In this document: positions 12,930 to 25,665 of the stretch, piece by piece
Numbering within the stretch: position 1 is the stretch's first letter
Layout: every line of letters starts with the position of its first letter
Notes under the pieces: generated by a model
Database searches by the model: none
Told to the model about the DNA's origin: nothing
The model's input: the letters and a program-made list of their open reading frames with translations, nothing else
NCBI RefSeq assembly: GCF_006345805.1
Contig: NC_043001.1
Location: forward strand, 1,860,001-1,924,000
Direction: 5' to 3'
Length of the DNA stretch: 64,000 bases
DNA from: Octopus sinensis
Taxonomy: Eukaryota
Program-made: the position numbers and the translations under genes

Positions 12930-13399
12930 ATAATGAATTTATATGAAGTGCTAGCCAAACCTGGATGGATAAAAGAATGGTGATTTGTTGCTGGTAAAAT
13001 CCAAGCATAGCTTTCAAAAGATGACTAAAGATGACACTTTTGGTTTTGTGTATCCAATGTTATTGACTAAGGTTTATGGATATATTCTATAGTATAATAA
13101 AGTTTTAGGCCTGGGTATAACTGTAAGCTACATTCGGTAGTGGGACCCTGGGGCCTTCGTTTCAGGGATTGAGAAGTGTGGAACCACCTCTTAGCCACTT
13201 TTGTTCCCAGGTCTACTCTGGCCCGGAGTGGTAGCACTTGTAAGGGTCCCAGCTCTGGGTTAGCTAGCAAAGCACCCTACGACTGGGAAGTGGGGATCGG
13301 TCGAATACAGTCACTGCATTCCCTGCATGGCATAAGCAGTGACTAAAAATTACTCCTAGTAATTTCATATTCCTTAAAAGACAGCAAGAAAAAAGCAAG

Positions 13400-14590
13400 G
13401 GAGTGGGAGGAGCTTAATACTAAATCTCAGCCTAGTACTAGGGTCATGGAATGTGCTTGGGTGTAGTACAAGTGAGACAAAGAGGAGAGAGATAGGGTTA
13501 GGGTTAGGGTGAGGAGAAGGATGGATGTGCTGGCACTGAATGAGACTCAGATGAAAGGTAAGGGAGGGTGTCAGTTTGGGGATGGGAGGAGGAAGGCTCA
13601 TGAGAGAGTGGCATTCCTGGTGAGTGAGCATTTGAAGGAGAATGTGATGGAGTGGAGGAAAGTGTCTTCAAGATTGATGTGAGTTGAGGTGAGGTGAGGA
13701 GGAGAGATGTGGGTGTCTTTTAGTGCTTATGGTCCAGGGAGTGAAAGGAGCGAGGAAGAAGTAGAGGAGTTCTGGAAGGAACTGACAGAGTGTGTGGATA
13801 GGGTGGGGGAAAGTGGTTATGTGGTGGTGTTGGGTGATTTGAATGCCCGAGTGGGAAATGAGGAAGTAGAAAATATGGGGAGGACACTATGGAGTCCATG
13901 GTGGGGATGAGAGTGGAAGGAGGAGGTTGTTGGAAATGTGGAGGGAGCAGGAGATGGTGGTGGTGGTGGGGAATAGGCTTTTTAAAAAGTGGGAGAGTAA
14001 GTTCACATGGTGGAGAGTGGGGAGAGGAACAATGGTCGATGGGGCCTTGATGGATTATGTATTAATTGATAAGAGAGTGGGAGGGAGGTTGGTGGATATG
14101 AGAGGTGAAGGTGGAGGAGTATCAGATCACTTCTTAATACAAGGTAAGATGACAGGTAAGCTCAAAATGGAATGCTAGACGAGTGACAGGTAGGAGAGAA
14201 GTTGTGAAGGTGAGTGAACTGGATAGGAGAGAGGAGGAGCAGGAGTATGAAGAGAAACTGAGAGGTGAATACGAACAGGTAAAGAAACAGGAGGTCAGAG
14301 ATGTGGAGGGGGTGGAGTGGGAGGCCTTTAGAGAGGCAGTAATGTGATGTGCCTCTGAGGTATGTGGTACATGAGTGGTTGGAAGGGGTGTGAGGAAAGG
14401 GAGTGGGTGGTGGAATGAGCAGGTAAGGGATGCAGTGTCAGAGAAGAAAAGGGCCTTTGAAAAGAGGTTGCAGAAAAGGGATGGAGAGGCTGGTGATCGC
14501 TACAGAGAAGTAAAAAGAAGAGCAAAGAGAGTGATAAGAGTGGTGAAAGGGGAGGCAAGTGTAGGGGGAGAGAGAAGGAATGCCTGTTGA
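13400..14590 (+). mobile_element. RTE-clade LINE 5' fragment (APE endonuclease), degenerate and G/A-rich
   Basis: Frames give LVLGSWNVLGCS, SAYGPGSERSEEEVEEFW, VVVLGDLNARVG, ALMDYVLI and SDHFLI, which are APE motifs in order, with frameshifts. Confidence 0.9.
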
Positions 14591-15479
14591 TATATAATAA
14601 AGGTTTGGAGCAACACTCTTCTGCACACCAGTAGTTTATTAAATGAAATTGCTGCTAAGAATTTGTTGTAACCAAGTCTATCAATTTTAGTGAAACTCTT
14701 AGAAAGAGTTGGTTAATTGACAATGTTCTCTCATTACACAATTAAAGTGGGGAGTCAGTTACTGTGAAATTCCAACACAGCATTGAAACTAATTTGGCTG
14801 ATCTCTCTTTCTTCTCTGTTCCTGAAGTTATCTTTATATATAATTGTATATAAAATGTCTACAAAGTTTTATCGCATACAGTGCTGGATAAAAATCTTTT
14901 GTTATACCTTGTAGCACAGTATAGCATATGTTTATATATATGAATACACACATGCACACACACACACACACTTGCATATGAAGTAATGTGGACCTAAACG
15001 AAACTAGCAGTTGGTAGTGCTCTAACATGTGTTTGGTTAACTGTGCCCAGGAAGAGAACATTAATGCAGATTATGAAATGCAAGGATAACACTTGAATGA
15101 GATGTCCTCCACAAATTAAGCAAAGCTTTCTGACACACTGCTGTCATCATCATCATCATCATCATCGTTTAGCGTCTGCTTTCCATGCTGGCATGGGTTG
15201 GACGGTGCAACTGGGGTCTGGGAAGCCAGAAGGCTGCACCAGGCCCAGTCTGATCTGGCAATGTTTCTACAGCTGGATGCCCTTCCTAACGCCAACCACT
15301 CCATGAGTGTAGTGGGTGCTTTTTACGTGCCACCGGCACAGGTGCCAGACGAGGCTGGCAAACGGCCACGATCGGATGGTGATATTTTGTTATGATAACT
15401 GAAATCTGTTTAAGATTTTTGATAAATAACATTCATTTTTATCGTAAACAAAAAAATTGTTGTCACTGCTGCATTAAAA

Positions 15480-16020
15480 TAGGTCAAAGGTTATTGTTCT
15501 TGGATTAGGTATGATACCAGTCACTGTCGTGGTTTCCTGGATGTTAGCTGATCCTTGTGTGTTGCTGTCACCATCTGTTCATTGTAGTTGATTCTGTTTT
15601 TGTCTGCTGACTGCCATTTTCTGTGTACAGTCTGATAGCAGCTGTCTGCCATCTGCTATCCACCATCTTTTGGTAGTGACTAAGATGCACTGAATATATA
15701 TTGGTGGTCTTACTCAGAAAAAGTGCGCCAAAGATGAAATTGTTGTTAGCTCCAGTTCTACATTAAGTCTTCAATTTTCCGAGATTTTGATGATGTCTGT
15801 AATATTCTAGCGAATCATGATCATATTCTTGAGTTGTTCTTTTCTGCATCAGATATAGTGATCTGGATTCAATTGCTAAATATTCCTGCTACAATCTAAT
15901 AGGTGAATTTAGTTTTGCTGCTTTTCAGGTAATATATCCTACCACTAGGCAAAGACGGTATTTTGTATTAATTACTTCCTATTGTTGTAAGCCTAATTAG
16001 CAGGCCTTATCGTACCATTT
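15480..16020 (-). mobile_element. ancient RTE-like LINE 3' remnant
   Basis: Highly decayed frames resemble the RTE C-terminal region. Similar remnants are at 42930-43680(-) and 58780-59085(+), and these two are mutually alignable. Confidence 0.5.
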
Positions 16021-16562
16021 TAATTTTCAAAGGATTTTACTTGTCTAAATTTACTACAATATTTCTATGTTCTATTTTTGCTTATTTCATCTTATTTGAT
16101 CTCTTATTTAGGATTTCATTTCATAAGTTTTTACTGTAGATGTATGTATGTGTGTTTGTGTCTGCCTATATAGATCCCTTCTGTCCCCTATTTATGTGCA
16201 TGTGTATATGTAGTTGTGTGCATACGTATAAGTATGTTTAAAAGTATGTGCTTGTTAACTTTTAATTTATTAACTTTTTAATATTTCACTTTATATTACC
16301 TGTTTAATTTGTTTTCACCTTATTTTATTGTAGTTCACGATGTCTTATTCCATTATTTTTGATTATTGTTCTCATTTTTCATACATATATTTAAGTGTGT
16401 ATACGAATGTGTGTATGTATAAGCTTGTATAAATTCTTTCTTTGAACCATGCGTGAAGTCTTGCACAAATATTTGAATGTATCTGTGTGTTTACGTAAGT
16501 TCATATATATATAAACATCATCATCATCGTCATCATCGTTTAACATCCATTTTCCATGCTAG

Positions 16563-17368
16563 CAGGGGTTGGACAAAATAATGGAAATACCTAACATCAT
16601 AGGATTATAATTTTTAAATATCTATAAAACTGTCAAAAGCTTGTTTATTTTTATGCGTTTTGATATATTATTAGTGTTACTTAATATGTTTTGCTAAAAT
16701 AGCATTTTCTTTTCAGATATCAGGAAAATATCAGATATCAGATATCTTTTCAGATATCAGGAAAAGGTAAGTAAATTTCATTAAAATTCATTAAAATGAC
16801 AGATCTATCGGACTTTCAAAGAGGTCAAATTGTTGGGGCTCATATGGCAGGTGCTAGCATAATGGAAACAGTCAAAATGTTTGGTGTATCAAGAAGTAGT
16901 CTCAAAAGTAATGACAGCCTTTGAGAAAGATGGAAATATCTTGGAAATCCACTGACCCAATGGTTTCCCTTCATGGTAGAATTAATAGTCAAGACTATTT
17001 AAATATTTCATCTAATCAAATTCATCCTATGGTTGAGGAACTGCTCCGGGAGGGAAACACAATTCACACAGCTAAAGTTGTTATTGAATGGCATGAATAA
17101 CATTCTAGCGAAGTTGAACATCTTATCTGGCCACTACGGTCCCCAGATCTCAATATTATTGAACATTTATGGTGCATTTTAGAAAACCAAGAACTGGAGA
17201 CTTTTAGCTGAAGAATGGACAAAATCTCTTTTGGAATCAATTCAGACTTTGTATGAGTCCTTGCTCGTAGAATTCAAGCTGTGATTACTGCCAAAGGTGG
17301 TCCTACTCCATTTTAAAATAAATTTGTTTGAAATTTTAAGGTGTATCCATTATTTTGTCCAACCCCTG
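16563..17368 (+). mobile_element. internally deleted Tc1 transposon
   Basis: TIRs are caggggttggacaaaataatggaaatacct (16563) and aggtgtatccattattttgtccaacccctg|TA (ending 17368). Frames give MTDLSDFQRGQIVGAHMAGAS and WPLRSPDLNIIEHLW. Confidence 0.9.
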
Positions 17369-20300
17369 TATATATGTATGCATATATATATATATATGTG
17401 TGTGGTGTGTGTGTATGTATGTATGTATGTATGTATGTATGTATATGTGTGAGTATGCGTTTAGATACGATTTATATATATGTATATGTGCATACTCTAT
17501 TTTGTACATGCCAGGACTGTTTCTATTTCTCTATTGTATTATTGTTAAATGTACCATGTATGTGGGTTAACAATGTTATATTTTCGAGTTGTTCCATATT
17601 ACTTGTAAGATCCCTAGTGTTGTCAGTTCAAAAATTTATTACTGGAGGAAGCATTGATAAACTTTTTGCTAGAAAATGAATTTATTCAATGAGTGGTGAG
17701 ATTGAATCAACCACTCATTTGTAAACCTGGGAAACATACCATTATTACTACTACTGCCATCAGCAATTAAAGCTGATTGAGGTGCTGTAATTCAAACTAT
17801 CTTCTGGGGTATTTGTATTAACTTTTTTTTATTCTAAGACATCTTCTGAATTCAATACACGTTTTCCCACAAACAGATTTTTTCAGATACTTTTTACTAG
17901 TAAAATGTTTGATACTGCCTGATGAAATAGTGTGATTATATAATAATGTAATATTATGTGTTAATGAAGAAGTCGCCATGTTACAGAAAAAGTAGGTGTC
18001 ATTGACTTTTCCATTCATATTTCGTTATATGTTTATATATGCACACACATACACTCCCCCAAATATATTTATTAAGAAAAAGAAGAGCAAATGTGTTTTA
18101 ATCAGAGTATGACATCAGTTGAATCAATACGCAAAAACATGAAGAAAAATAATCAACCTGATCGAAGATGAACAGGAAAAATAACGTTACTCTCAAATTG
18201 ACAACATTGCAGACAAATACTTAAATATACAAATAATTTTAAAATAGCCATTCATAATCCTTATAATACACTTGTGTAATGAATAACTCAAGAATTATAA
18301 GCAGCAGAAATTATATCAAGATTTACTGTTCAAGTAATTTATGCACGAAAGGCTTAACCGATAAGGTATGTGATTATGAGAGTAATTTTAAATGTAAGAA
18401 CAAGTTGCTTTCACAGATAAACAAAAGTCCATAGACATAATATCACAAATATCCACTATAGATATTGCCATCATTTTATTTTAATGTTCTTCACCCAAAT
18501 TATGTAAAATTAGAGTGTTAGTTGTAAGTTTATCTTGTGATATCCATTGACTGAATAATTTTTAGACCCATTACAGATACAATACTTGCAGCATAAGAGA
18601 TGACTTGGATAAATATCCTTCCGTGTTCAGTGAATGGTGAATCTTTTATAGTTTTGTTTGATGTAGATAACCAAACCCATTATCAAAATATATACTATCA
18701 TCTTTGAATAGCAGTAATAGTTGTTTCACTTAGTAAGGTTCACATGAATTACCTGTCCGCTTATGAAAAGAATATTTTATTAGAAGACTTCAATTTATTT
18801 TACAGAAAAACTTTTTAAAATTTTGCCAAGTGACATAATGAGAAAAATTTGGGACAGCAATGGTAACAAATGTAGTACCACTGAATGCAAATACAATAAT
18901 GGGATGCCTTGAGATAAAATTATATACAGATAAGAAACTTAGAAAAAGTATGGACAGCTTTTTTCAATTAAATAAATGAAAGCTGGAAATGGTCTTTTGA
19001 TGGCTAATATATCATATGGGAAGATTTGGGTAGAGTTTTCAAATTTAGTGCCTTTATATCAAATAGTAACCAATAAAATCCAACTTACAACAGAATACAG
19101 CAAATATAGCGTGTCCAATTAAACAACTGATTACAAAAACTGTGAATAAGATAAAAAGGATGTTATTATAAAGCAAAAGACTCTATACAATATTTACTTT
19201 TTGCTTTAAACCATCCAAAACACATGGAAATCATTTTTACATTCAATCCAGCTTAAAGATACGTTTGTACTGTCAACACAAATTCAAGCAGGTGAAAGAA
19301 AGGACAAAATGAAGTGAAAGATATGTGGAAGGAAAGACGTTAACCATCGTCATTAATTTAAAATGATAAAGAACAAAGTTAATTGACATTCGTGATTTTA
19401 AAACCATGAAAAAGTAAAGGAAAATGACAGTTTTACTTCATATTTCAGTTCATAAACATATGAAACTTTTGATGTAATTCATAAAAATTTACTACTTTAA
19501 AAACGTGAACCATGGACAAGAATTCATGTCAGTAGTAAATACATGCTCCATATATTTCACTTTAATTATTGTTTTTGTTATTATTTGTTAATTTGTTACA
19601 GTTTAACCAATTAACAAATCACTAGTTAGGTGAATTGCTGGTGAATCAATCACCAGGTAGCTTTGCCCAAATCATTTCATCACCATTTGTCACCTCAGGA
19701 ATTACATGGCTTCTCTACTCCATGTTTGCTTCAGATCTGTCTGTCTCCTAGTTTACAGGTCTTATATTTGTATTTATATGAATGTGAGAAAGAGTATATA
19801 TGGGAAAGAGAGAGAAAGAGAGTGTGTGTGTGTGTGTGTATTTGTGTGTGCAATGTACCCATAATATATATATATATATATTATCGGTACATTGAAAGTT
19901 TTTTTGTCTTGCAAGTACTTGGTGACCCTGTCAGTGCATTTGCCATTGAAGAGCACCTAGGCCACACTGTAAAGTGATTGGTGTTTAGAAGGGCATCCAG
20001 CTATAAAAATCTTGCCAAAACAGTCACAGAAGTTTGGTGCTGGCTTCTGCCTGACTGGCTCTTGTGAAACCGTCCCACACATGCTAGAATGGAAGGTGTA
20101 CATTAAACGATGATGATGATGATGATGATATATTTTATATATATATATATATATGAGTGCCTACATATATGAATGCATGTGTGTATATACATGAATGCAT
20201 GCTGTGTTTGTGTGTGTGTGAATATGTAATCTGTACAGTAAATGCAATTTTATATATGTATTGTAACTTGATTTTAATTGATATTTGATGATGTCTATCT

Positions 20301-21329
20301 TTACGTAAGAGTTGCAAAGTAATTGATAAAATATTTCACATAGTATTAGCAATATCATCAAACATAGAAATTAATACGTCGAGTGGAAGAGATTGATATA
20401 TTTACAGCATGCGAATCTTCTCAGCAAACTCTGGGTTTCCCTCTTGGCTGTTTACAAATCTCATGAAAAACCAAGGGAGAAGCTTCAAATATACAGTCAA
20501 ATTTTTGATATAATATAATATATAATTGGTTTCCAATTTTGACTCAAGGCCAGTAATCTTGGGGGAGCAGGTAAATAGATTACTTTGACCCCAGTGCTCA
20601 ACTAGGACCTATTTTTTCTACCCCGAAAGGATGAAATGCTAAGTTGACCTCAGTGGAATTTAGACTTTGAACATAAAGATGGATGAAATGCAGCTAAGTA
20701 TTTTGCCCGTTGCACTAACGATTCTGCCAGGTTGCCTCCTCGTTATATTAATATATATCTAAACGTGCCAGTGTAAAAAGGGTTGAACTACACTCACGGA
20801 GTGGTTGGCATTAGGAAGGGACTCCAGCTGTAAAAACACTACCAGATCAGACTGGTGTTCTGGTGCAACCTTCTGGCTTCCAGACCCCAGTTGAACTGTC
20901 CAACCCATGCTAGCATGGAAAACGGATGTTAAACGATGATGATAATGATGATGATGATGATGATGATGATCTAAACTTATATCTGTTTATTCATAGATGC
21001 ATTTATGTGTATATACACATATACCTACATGCAGACATGTATATATGTATATATTCATATACGTATACTTTTATACGTATATGAAGACAGTTTGTTCAGC
21101 TAAAATATCATTGACCTTATTATTGGTAGCAATTCACAGAAACAAGAGGAGGCTGTGACAACGATCTTGTATGAAACATTGGCTGCTGTTGTAAAGCTGT
21201 AGAACAATAAAGACATACAGTTGTACAGATTTCTCTATTAACATTTCCTTTATGCTGTCTACTGACTGCGTTACACAAAACACACATTGTATTCGACATG
21301 ACATCACTGATTATATCAAAAGCTGATGT

Positions 21330-21452
21330 GTGCTTGAGAGTCTTCAGGGTGATGGTAACGAAGGTGCTGGTCTTGATGAGGATGTTGATGGTGATGGTGA
21401 TGATGGTGGTTGTGATGGTAGTGCAAATGGTAATATTGATGAAGATAATGAT

Positions 21453-21503
<51 letters not shown>

Positions 21504-21540
21504 AATAATAATAATAATAATAATGATAATAATAATAATA

Positions 21541-21581
<41 letters not shown>

Positions 21582-21800
21582 GTGATGATGTTGATGATAT
21601 TGTTGGTTACAATGACAAAGTTATTAGGGAATAAGCATAATGATTATTGTAACGATACTGTCGAGATGGTTATCACAGTGGGAATGCAGATGATGCTGAT
21701 GCTGTTGACAATCATGATGGTGACGATAATTATGATGATGATGATAGTGATGATGTTAATGAGGCTGGTGTTGATAGCATTAGCAGAGTGATTCTACGTG
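21330..21800. repeat. (GAT)/(AAC)n/(AAT)n trinucleotide array
   Basis: Direct inspection; explains the poly-N, poly-I and poly-T ORFs. Confidence 0.9.
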
Positions 21801-22009
21801 ATACTAGTGAAGTGGTGACAATTTTATTGGTCGTCCAGGAGGGATTGCAAACAATCAGGAATAGGATATTGACGATGACGATGATGATGATGATGATGGT
21901 GATTCTGAATTGTTACTTTTACACATACATATATCATACATATGTGTACATGTATGTGTGAGTAGTGTGTGGATATATATATATATATATATACATATAC
22001 ATACATACA

Positions 22010-22087
<78 letters not shown>

Positions 22088-22779
22088 ATATATATATGTA
22101 TATATATGTATATATATATATATGTGTGTGTATGTATGTATGTACTAAATATTCATTAAGTTTTATCTTCACATGTCAATGAACAAACATCAATTATTTC
22201 AAGTGTATATATTACACACACTTCTCCTGATTGGCTTATTTGTGTGTAAGGTTGTACGTGTATATACTTATATCAGTGTGTGTGTGTGTGAGTGATTGTA
22301 TGAGTATATGTGTCTGCGTTTTTATGTAAATATGAGCTTGTCTGCTGCTGTGCACATGTATGTATGTATGTATGTATGTATGTATGTATGTATGTATGTA
22401 TGTATGTATGTATAAATGCATATACGTATATTTATATGTGCGTGTGTGTGTGTGTTTGAAGGATTAACATCATTAATCATAGATTATATTCCTCACCACT
22501 ACATCCTCATTAATATATTTACTCATTAGCATTAGCTTCCTTGGTAGCATCTGTTTTGGTTCCATTATAATCCTGCCTTCCATTACCTGTGGCACCACCT
22601 CCACCGTGGCTATCATCATCCTACTATCACCTACGAACTACCACTACACTACCAGTTTCTCTGCCTTCCACCCACATCTCCATCTGTCACTCCCACTGCC
22701 ATAACTGCTACCACAACCGTCGTGCCACTGTCATCATAGCCACCGTCATCACCACCAAACTGGCTCTTCATCGGCCACG

Positions 22780-23060
22780 ATAACAAGGGTCCCAGTTAAT
22801 ACGATCAACGGAACAGCCAGCTCGTGAAATTAAAGGGTAAGTGGCCGAGTACTCCACAGGCATGTGCACCTTTAATGTACTCTTCTCAGTGACATTAAGC
22901 ATGATACAGGATGTGACAAGCCTGGCCCCTTTGAAGTACAAGTGCTACTCTGTTTTGCTTAGCTGAGTGGACTGGAGCAATGTGAAATAAAGTGCTCAAG
23001 GATAAGATGCACTACTGGGTATTGAGCTCACAACCTTATGATCGTGAGCCAAATACCCTA
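22780..23060 (-). mobile_element. tRNA-derived SINE family 4
   Basis: Shares ttgagca..tttatttcacattgctccagtccactcagct with the plus-strand copy at 30150-30400. Confidence 0.65.
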
Positions 23061-23149
23061 AACCCTAAACCACATGTCATTAGAAGCAAAACTAACATTA
23101 CCATTGTCCTACCAGACTTTCACTACCTGCATCATTACCACCACGATGT

Positions 23150-23960
23150 CCTGTGTTTTTGTCTGAGATGCTGGTCATGTAGTTCTTCTCCTCAGATGTT
23201 TCTTTCTCCTTCCTGTTTGCTTCTTGTCATCCATTGCAGTCTCTCCACAATTTCTTTCTCATCTCCTCTTCTGGTAGCAGAAATCAGTCTTTCTCAGTTG
23301 CTTCTCACAAACTCTTCTACGTCCCGTTTTGCCATCTCTACACATTTTCTTATTGATATCAGTCCATCCCATGCTCCTTCTGTGATAGGTAAAATCTACC
23401 AACACTGTCCCTGGGATGTAGTGACCTATACATGGCTTTCTCATTTCACAGATCATGTCTCTTAGTTCTTCCTTTGTTCAGTTCAGGAAAGCATCAGAAT
23501 ATCTTATTAGAGAGGCCACCCATGGCTTTATTGTAGAGATTCTTTTCCTGCCATTCAGCTTTGAATTTAGCAACTTTTTACACTCCTAAGATATTCCTTT
23601 CTCACTTTCTCTTTCATTTCTTGGCAGAAGATTCTATCTGTATCCAATATACCCAGGTACTTGCAACAGTCACCCCTATTCATTGCTTGGATTGATGTCT
23701 AATTTGAGAGTTTAATTCCTTCTGACTTGGATATTTTCCTCTCCTTATTACTAGCGCCGCACATTTACCTATTTCAAACACCGTGCCACACACAACTTTG
23801 ACAGTCAGGGCCAATGAAACAAAAGCTTTCTTACTTTTGGCAAATAATTTCAGGTCTTCCATACAATGGACGTGGTTTATTTTTCCCCCACTGCTAAATT
23901 CTTAGCATAATTAAGCCCCTCTAAAGGTCATTGTAAGAGGGATAAGAGCAACAACAGAAA
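23150..23960 (-). mobile_element. degenerate R4/Dong-clade LINE RT fragment
   Basis: MEDLKLFAK..FEIGKCAALVIRRGK corresponds to the YMDDLKLFAK and FG..KCA motifs. Confidence 0.75.
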
Positions 23961-24079
23961 GCATCAGTGAGAGTGTATCACCTTAAAATACTCCCCATAC
24001 ATACTCTGACTTCACCTGACATAACTGGAACTGATGTTGCTATATTTCTCCATATTATTATTATAATTATTATCATTAT

Positions 24080-24560
24080 ATGTTTGACTTTTGTCTTGTA
24101 TTTGTACAAGTTAATCCCAAGTCTCACCCAGAAATCCCAAGAGACAACAAGTTAGAAGTTCAAGTTGGTGTTAAGACTAGGGTGCCATATACTTGGTTTT
24201 GCACAAAGTTCTAGAGAATTTCAAAGAAAATATAAGGATATTATAAGTTTGTTTTAAAATTTGTGATTACATAGACAGTATTTTACGTAGGATATGGGCA
24301 ATTCCCATGAGCACTATCTTTTGAATTTCTGCCATTTTGGGGTTTTCTGGTATCTGAGCTAGGTAGCAATCAGCCCCTTTTACTATCATTCCTGGAGCAC
24401 CTGTGACAACAGGTACTGTTTTAGTCTTCAGGTTCTACATTTTGCCAATTTCTATTTCAAGATCTTTATACTTGCTCAGTTTTTGGTAGGTTCTGACAAA
24501 TACATTTACATCGAATGGGACAGTCATATCGATGAGGAGGCATGATTTTGTCTAAAGTTA
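24080..24560 (-). mobile_element. R4/Dong-clade LINE 3' end (endonuclease tail and UTR)
   Basis: Alignable with 62030-62510(+); ends in an (ATT)n/(AAT)n tract. Confidence 0.75.
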
Positions 24561-24561
24561 A

Positions 24562-24589
<28 letters not shown>

Positions 24590-24592
<3 letters not shown>

Positions 24593-25665
24593 TAGTTTTA
24601 TTTTTATAGCGTGCTTTCACTACCGAGCGCAGCTCTGTGTGCCTTGGGTATGTGTTGTGATTTGTTGTGGTGCTCTGATGGTTATTGTATGGAAAGTGTT
24701 CTGCATAGGATGTGTGCAGTGCCTAGTAGTGCAATTTTCTGTATGTTATATGTGTTTGTAAGTCCTGGTGTTTTTGTTATGTATTTGTCTGAATATTTTT
24801 TTATCATACCTAATGCACCTACTATGATAGGAATTGTTTCTGTTTTTAGATTCCACATTCTGGTTACCTCTATTTCCAGGTATTTGTATTTTGAAAGTTT
24901 CTCCATTTCTTTTAGAGACACGTTGTCATCTGCTGGTATTGATACATCAATTAGAAAACGTTTTTTTCTTCATGATCTCTTATAACTATATCTGGTCTGT
25001 TGACCTTAATTTCTCTATCTGTGTGTATCGGCATATCCCAGAGTATGGTTGCTTTCTCGTTTTCTGTGACCTTTTCTGGTGTGTACCTATACCATCTTTT
25101 TTCTGTTGTTATTCCATAATGTTGGCATAGCTTCCAGTGTATGTAGGTTCCAACTCTGTCATGTCTGTGAATATATTCCTTCTTAGCCAGGACTGGGCAG
25201 CCAGAGATAATATGATTTATCGTTTCTTGTCCATCTTCACATATTCTGCAGTTACTTGTTATATTTCTTTTCATTACATGTTTTTGATAATTTCTGGTGG
25301 GGAGGCTTTGGTCTTGTGCTGCAATTAAAAATCCCTCTGTCTCTGCTTTGAGTCCTGAGCTTCTCAACCATTGCTGGGATTTTTCTTTGTCTATTTCTTT
25401 TGCATTTAGTTTAGTCCAGTATTTACCATGAAGGGGCTTTTCTTGCCATCGTTTTATCATGGTTTTTTGTTGTTCTAGTTTTAGTTTGGATTTCATTTGT
25501 TTTATAGCTTTTGTTGTTTCTTCATCTTCTTCTTCTTTTTCATATTTATTAGGTGGTATGATTTCTTGTTTGTATTTGTCAGCTTCCTTAAATACTGAGA
25601 ACAGTTTTTTGTTTTGCTCGTGCTTTGCCGCTATTTGTATCAGTTTTCCTTCCTTCTGAAGGTTG
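24590..25665 (-). mobile_element. R4/Dong-clade LINE subfamily A, 3' part (CCHC knuckle and restriction-like endonuclease)
   Basis: ORF 24951-25685 reads WLRSSGLKAETEGFLIAAQDQSLPTRNY..CRICEDGQETINHIISGC..YIHRHDRV..RPDIV; the next ORF reads KYKYLEIEVTRMW..IPIIVGALG. Near-identical to 60230-61490, with an (AAT)n tail at 24563-24589. Confidence 0.92.

Noticed and set aside
13280-13350. Hairpin agtcactgc..gcagtgactaaaa upstream of the RTE ORF as an HDV-like ribozyme
   Set aside because: I could not build the nested double pseudoknot (P1, P1.1, P2, P3) from the sequence.
13494-13512. TTAGGG-like units as an interstitial telomere
   Set aside because: There are only 2-3 units and they lie inside the G-rich RTE fragment.
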